Of a stretch of 64,000 nucleotides of DNA, positions 1-11,060 are shown piece by piece. Made by a program: the position numbers and the translations under genes. The notes under the pieces are model-generated. The model was not told the DNA's origin. It did not search any database and saw nothing but the letters and a program-made list of their open reading frames with translations. The stretch's first letter is position 1, and each line of letters opens with the position of its first letter. The DNA lies in assembly GCA_015063305.1 (NCBI GenBank), contig SVUJ01000002.1, positions 67,388 through 131,387 of the forward strand, written 5' to 3'. This stretch comes from Oscillospiraceae bacterium. GTDB taxonomy: Bacteria > Bacillota > Clostridia > Oscillospirales > CAG-272.

Positions 1-1329
1 GAGAAGTGTATAGATATATACGGCGCGGGACTTGCGGGCTGCGAGGCGGCTTGGCAGGCGGCGCGTATGGGTGTTAAGGTAAGGCTTTTTGAGATGAAGC
101 CGCAAAAATATACTCCCGCTCATCATTCTCCCGATTTTGCTGAGCTGGTATGCTCTAATTCTCTGCGCTCGTACAGCGTTACGAATGCTGTGGGACTTCT
201 TAAAGAAGAGCTTCGCAGATACGGCTCGCTGATAATGAGCGCGGCAGACGCAACCAGAGTTCCCGCGGGTTCGGCGCTCGCGGTCGACAGAGGGCTTTTT
301 TCGGCGTATATAACCGAGAAGATAAAAAGCTCACCTATGATAGAGGTTATAGAGGCAGAGGCAGACGGAGTGTCGGAGGACGGCATATCTGTTATAGCCA
401 CAGGCCCTCTTACCTCGGATAAAATGGCAAAGTACATATCGGATACGCTTGGCTGTAAGGGACTTCATTTCTTTGACGCGGCTGCTCCGATAGTTGATTT
501 TGAAAGTATAAATATGGACGTGGCGTTCTTTGCATCAAGATACGACAAGGGCGATGCGGATTATATAAATTGTCCTATGACACGCGAACAGTACGACGCA
601 TTTTGGGAAGCACTTATCAGCGCGCGTGAGGCAGAGCTGAAGGATTTTGACAAAGAAGAGCAGAAGGACCTGAAGGTATTTGAGGGCTGTATGCCCGTTG
701 AGGTAATGGCGAAGCGCGGACACGACACGCTACTCTTCGGACCGCTGAAGCCTGTGGGACTTGTAGACCCGAGAACGGGCACGGAGTCCTATGCTGTGGT
801 TCAGCTAAGACGAGAGAACGCGCAGGGAAGTATGTATAACCTCGTGGGATTTCAGACCCACCTTGCCTTCCCCGAGCAGAAGAGAGTATTCTCTATGATA
901 CCCGGACTTGAGAACGCCGAATTCCTCAGATACGGAGTTATGCATAGAAATACTTATCTCAATTCTCCCGATATGCTTTCTCCTACTTACGCTATGAGAG
1001 AAAGACCCAACGTTTATTTTGCGGGTCAGATGACGGGTGTTGAGGGATATATCGAGTCGGCAGGCTCGGGCTTTGTTGCGGGACTTAACGCGGCAAGGGC
1101 GGCGCTTGGCGAGAGCGAGATAGTCTTCCCGAGAGTTACGATGCTCGGCGCAATGGCGCATTACGTGTCGGAGGGGACGGGGGCTTCGTTCGTGCCTATG
1201 AATGCTAATTTCGGAATAATAGAGCCCTTGGCGCAGAGAGTGAAGGGCGGCAAACGCGTAAAATACGAGGCGTTTGCAAAGAGAGCGCTTGATGCGGTTG
1301 ACGCCATCAGGCTTGAATACCGCTTTTGA
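1..1329 (+). CDS. trmFO: Methylene-THF-dependent tRNA (m5U54) methyltransferase TrmFO; 5' end cut by the window edge
   Basis: The frame of ORF 67-1329 stays open back to nt 1 (EKCIDIYGAGLAGCEAAWQAARMGVKV, an FAD-binding GAGLAGxEAAWQ N-terminus). The body carries TrmFO/Gid-like motifs (FAELVCSNS, FAGQMTGVEGYIES). Confidence 0.93.
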   Translation, partial: EKCIDIYGAGLAGCEAAWQAARMGVKVRLFEMKPQKYTPAHHSPDFAELVCSNSLRSYSVTNAVGLLKEELRRYGSLIMSAADATRVPAGSALAVDRGLFSAYITEKIKSSPMIEVIEAEADGVSEDGISVIATGPLTSDKMAKYISDTLGCKGLHFFDAAAPIVDFESINMDVAFFASRYDKGDADYINCPMTREQYDAFWEALISAREAELKDFDKEEQKDLKVFEGCMPVEVMAKRGHDTLLFGPLKPVGLVDPRTGTESYAVVQLRRENAQGSMYNLVGFQTHLAFPEQKRVFSMIPGLENAEFLRYGVMHRNTYLNSPDMLSPTYAMRERPNVYFAGQMTGVEGYIESAGSGFVAGLNAARAALGESEIVFPRVTMLGAMAHYVSEGTGASFVPMNANFGIIEPLAQRVKGGKRVKYEAFAKRALDAVDAIRLEYRF

Positions 1330-1380
1330 AATTGAGTTGTCAGCTCTTTTATGAGTGACAAGAAAGGACGCAGTGCCGAT

Positions 1381-2424
1381 ATGAGAATAATAGTTGACGT
1401 TATGAGCGGAGATAACGCTCCGCTTGAGCTTATAAAGGGAGTTTGCGCTTCTGCTGCTGAGAACGCAGACGTTGAATACACCCTAGTTGGAGATACCGAG
1501 GTAATAAATGAGGTATCAAAAGAGAATGGGCTTGATATCAGCCGCTTTGGGATAATACACGCGTCCGATGTTATAAAGATGGAGGATGACCCTATCACGG
1601 CGGTACGCTCAAGGCCCGACGCCTCAATGATAAAGGGCCTCAAGGCTCTTGCCGCGGGCGAGGGAGATGCCTTTGTGAGCGCGGGAAACACGGGTGCGCT
1701 TTTTACGGGGGCATCGCTTATAGTAAAACGCGCCGCGGGTGTTCGCAGAACGGCGATAGGCGCGCTTCTTCCTATGGATCCGCCCGTGCTTTTGCTTGAC
1801 GCGGGAGCGAATATAACCGTTGACGCAAGCTATCTTGAGCAGTTCGCGGTGATGGGAACGGCATATATGAGGGCGATACACGGCGTTGAGTCGCCCAGAG
1901 TGGGGCTTCTCAACAACGGAAGCGAGGAGTGCAAGGGAACGGCGCTTCAACTGGAGGCGTATAAGCTTCTTTCGGAGTGCGAGTCTATCAATTTCGTTGG
2001 CAATGTTGAGGGAAATATGGTAATGGGCAACAAGTGTGACGTTCTCGTTACCGACGGATATACGGGAAATATATTGCTCAAGGGCATAGAGGGTATGGGA
2101 AAAATGATGCTTCTTACTATGAAGGAGCTCTTCTATACCAATATAAAGACCAAGATAGCGGCTCTGCTTCTGAAAAAGGAGCTTGGCGGTATCAAGAAGA
2201 AATTTGATGCTTCAGAGTACGGCGGAGCGCCTATCTTAGGTGTAGCAAAGCCTGTTATAAAGTCTCACGGCTCGTCTAAGGAAAAGGCGTTTAAGAACGC
2301 GCTGCGACAGGCGATATTCTGCGCGAGAACAGGTATGAGCGACGATATATCGGCGGCGGTCAAGGCGCTTGCGGAGTCGAAGAAAAAGGCGGCTGGGGAG
2401 CAGGAAAGCTCGGAGAATAATTAA
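1381..2424 (+). CDS. plsX: Phosphate acyltransferase PlsX
   Basis: MRIIVDVMSGDNAP start is typical of PlsX, and the position is the conserved plsX-rnc-smc-ftsY one. An alternative upstream ATG at 1351 has no RBS. Confidence 0.9.
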   Translation: MRIIVDVMSGDNAPLELIKGVCASAAENADVEYTLVGDTEVINEVSKENGLDISRFGIIHASDVIKMEDDPITAVRSRPDASMIKGLKALAAGEGDAFVSAGNTGALFTGASLIVKRAAGVRRTAIGALLPMDPPVLLLDAGANITVDASYLEQFAVMGTAYMRAIHGVESPRVGLLNNGSEECKGTALQLEAYKLLSECESINFVGNVEGNMVMGNKCDVLVTDGYTGNILLKGIEGMGKMMLLTMKELFYTNIKTKIAALLLKKELGGIKKKFDASEYGGAPILGVAKPVIKSHGSSKEKAFKNALRQAIFCARTGMSDDISAAVKALAESKKKAAGEQESSENN

Positions 2425-2434
2425 AATAAAACGG

Positions 2435-3166
2435 ATGGAGATAAAAGATATGTTTCCTTTGGCTATAGAGGGACTTGAGAGAGCTATAGGATATACCTTT
2501 AATAACAAAAGCATACTCGTTGAGGCGCTTACACACTCGTCGTATGCAAACGAGCTCAGGGCAAGGAAGCAGAGCGTGAAGTGCAACGAGAGACTTGAAT
2601 TTTTGGGAGATTCGGTGCTCTCTATCATAGTCAGCGAATACTTGTATTCGCTTCACGGCGAGCTTGCCGAGGGCGAGCTCACAAAGCTCAGAGCGGCGGT
2701 GGTACAATCCAGCGCTCTTGCGTCTTATGCCAAGAAAATAGGTCTTGGAGATTATCTTTACCTTGGCAACGGCGAGGAAAAGAACTGCGGCAGAGAGCGT
2801 CAGTCGATACTTGAGAATGCCTTTGAGGCGCTGCTTGCGGCTGTGTATCTCGACGCGGGCGAGAAGGGCAAGGAAACTGTAAGCGTATTTTTGCTTCCGC
2901 TCATCAAGGCAGAGCTTGAGCGCCTTGGCGCGCGCGGAGCGCACAGCGACCATAAGACCGAGCTTCAGCAGCTCATACAGCAGGCTGAGGGGGATTTTTT
3001 GGAATACGTGACGGTCAGGGAGTATGGGCCCGACCACAACAAGACTTTCGAGGTCGAGGCAAGGCTCAATTCAAATGTGATCGGAAAAGGAAAAGGAAGG
3101 ACCAAGCGCGAGGCGGAGCAGAATGCGGCAAAAGAGGCGCTTGAGCTCTTTGGAGAAATAGAGTAA
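2435..3166 (+). CDS. rnc: Ribonuclease III
   Basis: RNase III signature ERLEFLGDSVL, with a C-terminal dsRBD (KTELQQ...GKGKGRTKREAEQNAAKEAL). The ATG at 2435 lies just after the plsX stop; the longer track ORF (2369) overlaps plsX. Confidence 0.95.
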   Translation: MEIKDMFPLAIEGLERAIGYTFNNKSILVEALTHSSYANELRARKQSVKCNERLEFLGDSVLSIIVSEYLYSLHGELAEGELTKLRAAVVQSSALASYAKKIGLGDYLYLGNGEEKNCGRERQSILENAFEALLAAVYLDAGEKGKETVSVFLLPLIKAELERLGARGAHSDHKTELQQLIQQAEGDFLEYVTVREYGPDHNKTFEVEARLNSNVIGKGKGRTKREAEQNAAKEALELFGEIE

Positions 3167-3173
3167 TATATTG

Positions 3174-3237
3174 GGGCTGATTCATTCAGCGCAGAATAAA
3201 ATTTCTGCATCTTAATGAAGCAGCCCTTGATTTTTTT
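3174..3237 (+). terminator. Long imperfect hairpin plus T-run downstream of rnc
   Basis: gggctgattcatt...aatgaagcagccc outer stem (12/13) with inner gcagaa/ttctgc, followed by ttgattttttt. Confidence 0.55.
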
Positions 3238-3247
3238 GAGGTGAACG

Positions 3248-4267
3248 ATGAAAAAACACGCGAATATTCCTGTTTTTATACCGCATCTGGGGTGTCCCAA
3301 CAACTGTGTTTTCTGCAATCAGCGCTCGATATCGGGCAGACAGAGCTTTGAGGTGAGCGATGTCGAGGGGCAGATAGAGAGCGCACTTGCAACGCTTGAC
3401 GCCGATACCGTTAAGGAGATAGCCTTTTTCGGCGGCTCTTTTACGGGGATAGACAGAGAGCTTATGCTATATCTTTTAAAGCTTGGCAAGAGGTATATTG
3501 ATGACGGCAGGGTAAGCGGAATAAGGCTTTCCACACGCCCCGATTACATAGACAGAGAACGCCTTGAGATACTCAAGGCTCACGGAGTGAGCGCTGTCGA
3601 GCTTGGACTTCAGAGTATGGACGACGAGGTGCTAAGGGTAAGTAAGCGAGGTCATACGGCATCTGCGGCGGAAAATGCTTGCGCTCTTATAAAGGAATAC
3701 GGCTTTGAGCTTGTGGGACAGATGATGATAGGTCTGCCCGCATCAACTCCCGAGAGCGAGATATACACCGCCAAGAGGATATGCGAGATGGGCGCTGACG
3801 CGGCAAGGATATACCCCACGGTAGTCTTTTACGGCACAGAGCTCTGCGATATGGCAAGAGAGGGCGGATACACTCCTCTTTCGGACGAGGACGCGGTGAT
3901 AAGGACAAAAAACGTCCTCGAGATATTTGACACTTGCGGCGTGAGATGTATAAGAGTGGGACTCTGCGCCTCGGAAAATCTTGCCGACGAGAGCGAGGTC
4001 TTTGGCGGCGCTAATCACAGTGCGGTGGGAGAGCTTGCGATGGGTGAGCTTTACTATCAGCGGATATGCAAAAAGCTCAGCGAGAGCGGGGAATACAGGG
4101 GCAAAAATCTCACTATATTCGGTGCGAAGGGCAGCACCTCGAAGATAGCGGGACAAAATAAGAGAAATAAGATAAGAATATGTGAAAAATATGGGTTTAA
4201 TAAGATAAAAATCCTTGAAAAAAGTGAAATTATAGGTTATAATATTATATTAGATGTATATTCTTGA
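3248..4267 (+). CDS. Radical SAM protein, ELP3-like family (no acetyltransferase domain)
   Basis: N-terminal CPNNCVFC (CxxxCxxC) radical-SAM cluster motif. RBS gaggtg upstream. Sits between rnc and smc, as I recall is common in Clostridia. Confidence 0.85.
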   Translation: MKKHANIPVFIPHLGCPNNCVFCNQRSISGRQSFEVSDVEGQIESALATLDADTVKEIAFFGGSFTGIDRELMLYLLKLGKRYIDDGRVSGIRLSTRPDYIDRERLEILKAHGVSAVELGLQSMDDEVLRVSKRGHTASAAENACALIKEYGFELVGQMMIGLPASTPESEIYTAKRICEMGADAARIYPTVVFYGTELCDMAREGGYTPLSDEDAVIRTKNVLEIFDTCGVRCIRVGLCASENLADESEVFGGANHSAVGELAMGELYYQRICKKLSESGEYRGKNLTIFGAKGSTSKIAGQNKRNKIRICEKYGFNKIKILEKSEIIGYNIILDVYS

Positions 4268-4291
4268 TAAAAATCCGAAGGGAGAAACGAA

Positions 4292-7200
4292 GTGTATCTG
4301 AAATCGCTTGAATTGCAGGGATTTAAGTCCTTCCCCGATAAGACCAAGCTGACCTTTGAGGGAGGATCTACCGTTATAGTAGGACCGAACGGAAGCGGAA
4401 AATCTAATATCTCCGACGCTATGAGATGGGTTCTGGGAGAGGTGTCCTCAAAGAGTATCCGCGGAACAAAGATGGAGGATATCATCTTCGGGGGAGCGGA
4501 CAGCCGTAAGCCTATGGGATATGCCGAGGTGTCGGTCACCTTTGACAACACGGGAATGATAGGCAGGCTTGACTGCCCCTATGACGAGGTAACCGTAACA
4601 AGACGTTACTATCGCGCGGGAGAGAGTGAGTACTTTATAAACCGCCGCGCCGTTCGTCTTAGAGATATATACGAGCTCTTTATGAACACGGGTATCGGAC
4701 GTGACGGTTATTCGATAATCGGTCAGGGTAAGATAGCTGAGATAATTTCGAGAAAGAGCGACGAGAGAAGAAGCATTTTTGAGGACGCTTCGGGAATTGC
4801 GAAGTACCGTCTTAAGAAGAGCGACACCGAGAGAAAGCTGAAGGCTACCGAGGAGAATATGACGCGTATAAACGACGTCTTTACCGAGGTGGCGTCTCAG
4901 GTAGGTCCGCTTGAAAAGGAGGCGGAGAAGGCAAAGAGGGCGCTCGAGCTGCTCGACACCAAAAAGATGGTGGACGTTCAGCTTTGGCTCTATGACACCG
5001 AAAAGCTCCGCGCTGATATATCAAAGACCGAGGAGAGCTTTAAACACGCGCAGTTTGACTTACAGACGGCTGAGGATGCGATAAAGACCTACGAGGCTCA
5101 GAATGAAAGACTTTTCGAGGCTTCGCAGTCGAACAAGCTCGCCTCCGAAAAGCTTCTCACAGACATACGCACGCAAACCGCGGACAATCACGCGCTTGAT
5201 AGCGAATACAGAGTTACCGAGGCAAATATACTTCATACTAAAGAGATGATAGCCGAGGCAGAGGGCAATGCCGCGTCGGCAAGAAAATCTATCGAGAGCG
5301 AAAACCTCGCGGCCGAACAGAGAGCGCAGAGGATCACTCAGTTTGAAGAGAGCCTTGCACAGAAAAATACAGAATACGAAAAGGTGTGCGAGGAGCAGAA
5401 GCAGAGCGATGCCGCCGCACAGGAGCTGGAGTTCAGCATAGCAAGAGCACTTGAGGATATAAGAGTGCTTGACGCTGAGGCGGTCGACGTGAAGGTACGT
5501 ATGTCGGTGCTTGAAAACGCGAGAGCTTCGGGAAGCGACAGAAACACATCTCTTTTGGAGAGTATATCGGAATACCAAAAGGTGTCGGCGGATATCGGCG
5601 CTCAGCTTGAGAACGCCAAGAGAAGCGCTGACGAATACCAGAGCGCGATAGACGGGGCTGATGGGGATATAGTTGGCATATCGGATAAGCTTGCGGCGCT
5701 TTACACACAGAGAGATGGGGATAACGAGGCGTTGTCCACCGCAAAGCTTCGCCGTGATTCGGCACTTCAGAGAATAGAGAACTTCCGAGTTATGGAACAG
5801 CAGTTCGAGGGATACTCGGGAAGTGTGCGCTTTGTTATGAAGCAGTACTCCGAGGGGAGAATAACCGACAGAAACGGACTTAAGTGCGGCAGGATATACG
5901 GGCCGCTCAGTAAGGTCATAAGCGTTGAGGATAGATTTGTAACGGCGATAGAAACGGCGCTCGGCGCAAATCTTCAGCATATAGTGGTTGAGGACGAGAG
6001 CGTTGCAAAGGCGGCGATGTTTGCACTTAGAAAAGCAGAGGCGGGCCGCGCGACCTTCTTCCCGCTCAGCTCAATGAGAGCGCAGAAGCCCACGGCGGAG
6101 ATGAGAGATGCTTCGGGCTTTGCGGGATACATAGCCACGGCAGACGAGCTGGTGGTATGCGACAAGAAGTTCTCCGAGGTGGTTTCGGGGCTTCTGGGAC
6201 GCACGTTGATATTTGACAATATAGATAACGCCACGGCTATGGCAAAGAGCCTTGGATACAGAGTAAAGGCGGTCACACTTGACGGACAGCAGATAAACGT
6301 GGGAGGCTCTTTCACGGGCGGTGCTGTCAAGCAGAAGGGAAATATCCTCGGACGCGCGGGTGAGATAAAGAGGCTGGAGGCAGAGCTTGGCGAAATAGAG
6401 GGAGCTATCAAGTCCTACGAGAAGAAGCTCTCGGCTGTATCGGGCGAGATCTCCGAGCTTGAGGACGATAGGTCGTCTGCCGAGGAGAAGAAGAGAATTC
6501 TTCAGGTAATGCAGGGGTCGGAGAATGCGAGAGTTGAACAGCTCTCGGCAAAGCTTTCGGCAAACGACACGCTTATCGAAAAGCTCCGCGCCGACTTTGA
6601 GGAGCTTGACAGAATGAAGGCTCGCTACGATGAGGATATCGAAGAGCTTGGCAAAAAAGAGCAGGAGCTCTTGGCTCGGATAGCGGAGATCAGCGCTGTG
6701 AGAGAGGCAAAGGATATCGAGCGCTCGGCGGCGCTTGACCAAAAGAGCGAGGCCGAGGAGAGAATGACGGCGATCTTTATATCGCTGAGCGAGATACAGA
6801 AGGATATAGAGACCGAAAACTCGATGATGCAGATGTCGCAGACGCATATCGGCGAGTTTGCCTCTCAGATAGAGGCGCTCGAGGCGAGAATAGCCGAGTT
6901 TGAGGCGAAGATATCCGAATATGAGCTCTCGCAGAGCGCCAACAGAAGCGCTTTTGAAGAGGGCGAGAAGAACCTTGCAAGGCTTAACGCAGAGAGAGCT
7001 AAGATAGAAGAGGGCGGCTTTGAGTTTGAGCGCAAGCTCAACGAGGTCAACTCCAAGATGCGAGAGAAGATGTCGCAGAAGGAGCTGATATACAGAGATT
7101 ATTCAAAGCTTGAGAACAAGCTCTCAAATCTAAGAGATGAGCAGGATAAGCTCGCGTCAAGACTTTGGGACGACTATGAGCTGACAAGAAGCGAGGCGGT

Positions 7201-7924
7201 AATGCTCGGATACCCCGCTATCGACGCGCAGAGCCGTCACGAGGCGGCGGCAAAGCAGACAGAATGCCGCAACAAGCTCAGAGCAATAGGCAACGTTGAC
7301 CTTGACGCCGTGAGCAAGTATAAAGAGATAAAGGCTCGCTACGATTACATGGACGAACAGATAAAGGACCTTACCGCATCGCGCGACGACCTGCTTGACA
7401 TTATAGGCAAGCTTGAGGGCGAGATGAAGACGGCGTTCGTATCCTCGTTCAATCAGATAAACGAAAACTTCAACCGCGTTTTCGCCGAGCTCTTCGGCGG
7501 CGGCTCGGCAGAGCTTTCGCTCAGCGATCCCGACAACGTGCTTGAAAGTGGAATAGAGATAAAGGCGGCGCCCCCCGGAAAGATAATCAAGAACCTTGTT
7601 CAGCTTTCGGGCGGAGAGCAGGCGTTTGTCGCTATAGCGCTCTTCTTTGCGATACTTCAGGTCAACCCCACCCCCTTCTGTATTCTGGACGAGATAGAGG
7701 CGGCGCTTGACGAGGTAAACGTTGCGAGATTTGCCGAGTACATAAAGAGGTATTCGAGCGGAACGCAGTTCGTGCTGATAACTCACCGCCGCGGAACTAT
7801 GGAAGCGGCAAACAGGCTCTATGGCGTTACCATGCCCGAGAGAGGTATCTCAAAGGTGCTTGAGCTTGATATAGGCGATATTTCAAAGAAAAAAGGAGAA
7901 GAATGGGATGGCATTTTTGGATAA
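4292..7924 (+). CDS. smc: Chromosome segregation protein SMC
   Basis: 1210 aa. Walker [10 protein letters not shown] at the N-terminus, long coiled coils, hinge, and C-terminal [13 protein letters not shown] signature with Walker [16 protein letters not shown] start with RBS aagggag. Confidence 0.97.
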   Translation: MYLKSLELQGFKSFPDKTKLTFEGGSTVIVGPNGSGKSNISDAMRWVLGEVSSKSIRGTKMEDIIFGGADSRKPMGYAEVSVTFDNTGMIGRLDCPYDEVTVTRRYYRAGESEYFINRRAVRLRDIYELFMNTGIGRDGYSIIGQGKIAEIISRKSDERRSIFEDASGIAKYRLKKSDTERKLKATEENMTRINDVFTEVASQVGPLEKEAEKAKRALELLDTKKMVDVQLWLYDTEKLRADISKTEESFKHAQFDLQTAEDAIKTYEAQNERLFEASQSNKLASEKLLTDIRTQTADNHALDSEYRVTEANILHTKEMIAEAEGNAASARKSIESENLAAEQRAQRITQFEESLAQKNTEYEKVCEEQKQSDAAAQELEFSIARALEDIRVLDAEAVDVKVRMSVLENARASGSDRNTSLLESISEYQKVSADIGAQLENAKRSADEYQSAIDGADGDIVGISDKLAALYTQRDGDNEALSTAKLRRDSALQRIENFRVMEQQFEGYSGSVRFVMKQYSEGRITDRNGLKCGRIYGPLSKVISVEDRFVTAIETALGANLQHIVVEDESVAKAAMFALRKAEAGRATFFPLSSMRAQKPTAEMRDASGFAGYIATADELVVCDKKFSEVVSGLLGRTLIFDNIDNATAMAKSLGYRVKAVTLDGQQINVGGSFTGGAVKQKGNILGRAGEIKRLEAELGEIEGAIKSYEKKLSAVSGEISELEDDRSSAEEKKRILQVMQGSENARVEQLSAKLSANDTLIEKLRADFEELDRMKARYDEDIEELGKKEQELLARIAEISAVREAKDIERSAALDQKSEAEERMTAIFISLSEIQKDIETENSMMQMSQTHIGEFASQIEALEARIAEFEAKISEYELSQSANRSAFEEGEKNLARLNAERAKIEEGGFEFERKLNEVNSKMREKMSQKELIYRDYSKLENKLSNLRDEQDKLASRLWDDYELTRSEAVMLGYPAIDAQSRHEAAAKQTECRNKLRAIGNVDLDAVSKYKEIKARYDYMDEQIKDLTASRDDLLDIIGKLEGEMKTAFVSSFNQINENFNRVFAELFGGGSAELSLSDPDNVLESGIEIKAAPPGKIIKNLVQLSGGEQAFVAIALFFAILQVNPTPFCILDEIEAALDEVNVARFAEYIKRYSSGTQFVLITHRRGTMEAANRLYGVTMPERGISKVLELDIGDISKKKGEEWDGIFG

Positions 7925-8813
7925 GCTGAAGGCTGGGCTTTCAAAGACAAAAAATGCGATATTCGGACAGATAGACGACGTGCTCAAGGCATTTGTCAGA
8001 GTAGACGAGGAGCTTCTTGAGGAGCTTGAGGAGCTGCTTATCTGCGCTGACGTGGGCGTTGGAGCTACCGAGGAGATAATCGATGAGCTGCGTGAGCAGA
8101 TAAAGGACGGCAGGCTTAAGGAAAAAGAGCAGGTCGTTGATGCGCTCAAGGGAATACTTTCGGATATGATAGGAGAGGGCGAGCCGCTCGCGCTCGACAC
8201 CGCTCCCTCGGTCGTGCTCGTTATAGGAGTAAACGGCGCGGGAAAGACGACGTCGATAGGAAAGATATCCAACAGACTTATAAAACAGGGCAAGAAGGTA
8301 GTTGTTGCGGCGGCAGACACTTTCCGCGCGGCGGCTATCGACCAGCTTGCGGTCTGGTGTGAGCGCTCGGGGGCTGATATAGTCAAGCAGAGCGAGGGAA
8401 GCGACCCCGCCGCGGTGGTATACGACGCCATAGGATACGCCAAGAGCAAAAAGGCTGACGTGCTTATAATAGACACCGCGGGCAGACTTCACAACAAGAA
8501 GAACCTTATGAACGAGCTCTCAAAGATAAACAGAGTTATTGAGAGAGAGCTTCCCGATGCGTCGCGTGAAAATCTTTTGGTGCTCGACGCCACAACGGGA
8601 CAGAACGCTATCCTTCAGGCTAAGGAGTTCAGAAATTCCGCCGAGATAAGCGGACTTGTCCTCAACAAGCTCGACGGAACGGCAAAGGGCGGTATAGTGC
8701 TTTCCATAAAGAGAGAGCTTGATATACCCGTCAAGTTTATCGGTGTCGGAGAGAAGATAGACGATATGCAGGAGTTTGTTGCTTCTGAGTTCGTTGACGC
8801 GCTTTTTGACTGA
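7908..8813 (+). CDS. ftsY: Signal recognition particle receptor FtsY
   Basis: SRP GTPase motifs [32 protein letters not shown] aaggag lies 9 nt upstream. Overlaps the smc 3' end by 17 nt. Confidence 0.96.
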   Translation: MAFLDKLKAGLSKTKNAIFGQIDDVLKAFVRVDEELLEELEELLICADVGVGATEEIIDELREQIKDGRLKEKEQVVDALKGILSDMIGEGEPLALDTAPSVVLVIGVNGAGKTTSIGKISNRLIKQGKKVVVAAADTFRAAAIDQLAVWCERSGADIVKQSEGSDPAAVVYDAIGYAKSKKADVLIIDTAGRLHNKKNLMNELSKINRVIERELPDASRENLLVLDATTGQNAILQAKEFRNSAEISGLVLNKLDGTAKGGIVLSIKRELDIPVKFIGVGEKIDDMQEFVASEFVDALFD

Positions 8814-8823
8814 CGGAGGGAAT

Positions 8824-9414
8824 ATGAAGATAGTTCTTGCATCAAGAAATAAGCATAAGATATCCGAGCTCCAGGCGTTGCTCGGGGAGTATATAGAGGA
8901 TATCGAGATACTCTCGCTCGACGACGTCGGCATATACGGGGAGATAGACGAAAACGGAAGCAGTTTTTCGGAAAACGCGCTTATCAAGGCAAGGTGCGCG
9001 GCTTCGTCGGGATATATCGGCGTGGGCGACGATTCGGGTCTTGAGGTAGACGCGCTTGACGGAGCGCCCGGCATATATTCGGCAAGATACGCGGGAGCGC
9101 ACGGTGACGACAGCGCAAACAACGCGCTCCTGCTCGAAAATCTCAAGGGAGCGGCAGACAGGAGCGGACGCTTCGTATGCGCCATCGCCTGCGTTTTTCC
9201 CGAGGATGGCAGAGAGATATGCGTCAGGGGAACGGCAGAGGGAGAGATACTTTGCGAATACCGCGGAGGCGGTGGATTCGGATATGACCCGCTCTTCTAT
9301 TATCCGCCCCTTGATAAGACCTTTGGCGAGCTTAGCGCCGAGGAAAAGAATAAAGTATCACATCGCAGCGACGCCATAAGAAAATTGGCGGCAAAGCTGA
9401 AGGAAGAAAGGTAA
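8824..9414 (+). CDS. rdgB: dITP/XTP pyrophosphatase (RdgB/HAM1 family)
   Basis: MKIVLASRNKHKISEL start, plus GGGFGYDPLF and SHR motifs typical of RdgB. The track ORF start (8776) overlaps ftsY and is rejected. Confidence 0.92.
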   Translation: MKIVLASRNKHKISELQALLGEYIEDIEILSLDDVGIYGEIDENGSSFSENALIKARCAASSGYIGVGDDSGLEVDALDGAPGIYSARYAGAHGDDSANNALLLENLKGAADRSGRFVCAIACVFPEDGREICVRGTAEGEILCEYRGGGGFGYDPLFYYPPLDKTFGELSAEEKNKVSHRSDAIRKLAAKLKEER

Positions 9415-9417
9415 AAA

Positions 9418-9705
9418 ATGATAACATCAAAGCAGAGAGCATATCTCCGCTCGCTCGCAAACAAAGAGCCTACCATAATGCAGATAGGCAAGGGCGGAGT
9501 TGGAGAAAATCTTATAAAGACGGTATCCGACGCGCTTGAGGCAAGAGAGCTTATCAAGCTTTCGGTGCTTGAGAATTGCGGATACACCCCCAGAGAGGCA
9601 GCAGACGAGATCAGTGCGGCAACCGGCGCTGAGGTCGCGGGAGTGATCGGCAGAAAGATAATACTCTACAGAGAATCGGAAAAAAATAAGAGAATAGAGC
9701 TTTAA
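9418..9705 (+). CDS. yhbY: YhbY-type CRM-domain RNA-binding protein
   Basis: 95 aa; KQRAYLRSLAN...IGKGGV motif of the YhbY/YqeI family; conserved position upstream of nadD. Confidence 0.88.
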   Translation: MITSKQRAYLRSLANKEPTIMQIGKGGVGENLIKTVSDALEARELIKLSVLENCGYTPREAADEISAATGAEVAGVIGRKIILYRESEKNKRIEL

Positions 9706-9725
9706 GACTTGTTTGAGGTGCAGAT

Positions 9726-10340
9726 ATGTTTGACGGTAAGACTCGTGTGGGAATATACGGAGGGACCTTTGCCCCCGTTCACAACGGACACGTTGTGGCG
9801 GCAAAGGCTTTTATGGAGCAGATGAAGCTTGATTATCTTTATATAATCCCCACCTATCTGCCGCCTCACAAGGAAATAGACAGCTCGGATTCCCCCCGGA
9901 GAAGACTTCGTATGTGTGAGCTCGCCTTCAAGGATATTGACGGCGTGATAATCTCGGATATGGAGATAAAGCGAGGGGGTAGGAGCTACACCTACGATAC
10001 CCTGAGGGAGCTTTCGGGTGAGGACAAGAAATTGTTTTTGCTATGCGGAAGCGATATGGTGCTTAGCTTTGACACTTGGTTCAGATATGAGGATATACTG
10101 AAGATGTGTTATCCCGCATACGTTCGCAGAGAGAGGGATAAGATGATCGAGAACCGTATAATAGAGAAGATAACCGAGTATTATAACAAGCACGGGGTAA
10201 TGTTCAGACGCATACTTACAGATCCGATAGAGGTATCCTCTACCGAGATCCGAGCTGCGGTAAAAGAAGGAAAAGATATTTCCCGTATCGTTCCGCCCGC
10301 AGTTGCCGAATATATAAAGGAGAACAGACTCTATGAGTGA
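9726..10340 (+). CDS. nadD: Nicotinate-nucleotide adenylyltransferase
   Basis: GIYGGTFAPVHNGH (the (H/T)xGH nucleotidyltransferase motif) and a C-terminal SSTEIR motif. Confidence 0.94.
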   Translation: MFDGKTRVGIYGGTFAPVHNGHVVAAKAFMEQMKLDYLYIIPTYLPPHKEIDSSDSPRRRLRMCELAFKDIDGVIISDMEIKRGGRSYTYDTLRELSGEDKKLFLLCGSDMVLSFDTWFRYEDILKMCYPAYVRRERDKMIENRIIEKITEYYNKHGVMFRRILTDPIEVSSTEIRAAVKEGKDISRIVPPAVAEYIKENRLYE

Positions 10341-10998
10341 GCGAGTAATTGTAAGCGAGGATATGCTTAACGCGCTCAGACAGGCGTTAGAGAAAGATCG
10401 TGAGAGCGGACGTATGTCAGAGAAGAGATTCAGGCATACTATAGAGGTCGAAAAAATGGCGGCGCGACTTGCGGATTTGTACGCGCCCGAGAAGTCGGGC
10501 GTTCTCCGCGCGGCGGCGCTGCTGCACGATATAACCAAGGAATGCTCGTTTGAGGAGCATCTCAGTATTTGCAAGTCGGGCGGAATGGCGCTTAGCGAAT
10601 ACGATCTTAGCGCACCCAAAACGCTCCACGCTATGAGCGCCGCGGTGAAGATAGAGAAAGAGATGCCCGAGTATGATGTTGATGAAATAAAGAGCTGTGT
10701 GAGATGGCACACTACGGGAAGGGGAGGTATGACGCTTTGCGAGAAGCTGATATACCTTGCCGACTATATAGATATGTCCCGCACATTTGAGGATTGTGTG
10801 AAGCTAAGAGAATATTTCTTTGGCAAGGATATCGAGGCGATGACAGAGAAAGAAAAGACAGAGCATCTTGGCGATACCCTGATAATTTCATACGATATGA
10901 CGATAAGCGCTCTGCTGGATAGCGGAAAAATAATAAGTCCTGATACTATGGACGCAAGAAACGAGCTTGTCTTTGGACGGCTGAAGAGAAGCCGATAG
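10333..10998 (+). CDS. yqeK: HD-domain bis(5'-nucleosyl)-tetraphosphatase YqeK
   Basis: HD-domain residues (RFRHTIEV..., LLHDITKE). Overlaps the nadD stop, as in the conserved nadD-yqeK pair. Confidence 0.88.
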   Translation: MSERVIVSEDMLNALRQALEKDRESGRMSEKRFRHTIEVEKMAARLADLYAPEKSGVLRAAALLHDITKECSFEEHLSICKSGGMALSEYDLSAPKTLHAMSAAVKIEKEMPEYDVDEIKSCVRWHTTGRGGMTLCEKLIYLADYIDMSRTFEDCVKLREYFFGKDIEAMTEKEKTEHLGDTLIISYDMTISALLDSGKIISPDTMDARNELVFGRLKRSR

Positions 10999-11060
10999 GG
11001 CGGCCTTCGGGCTCTACATATTGAATTTGATATGTAAATTAGGTATGGAGAGCTTGAATA

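Noticed and set aside
1-66. Apparent truncation of trmFO (the track ORF begins at 67).
   Set aside because: The frame is open to nt 1 and encodes the FAD-binding motif. The truncation comes from the window edge and does not indicate a pseudogene.
10996-11020. Small GGCC-TTCG-GGCT hairpin after yqeK, considered as a terminator.
   Set aside because: It has only about 4 bp of stem and no T-run, which is too weak to call.
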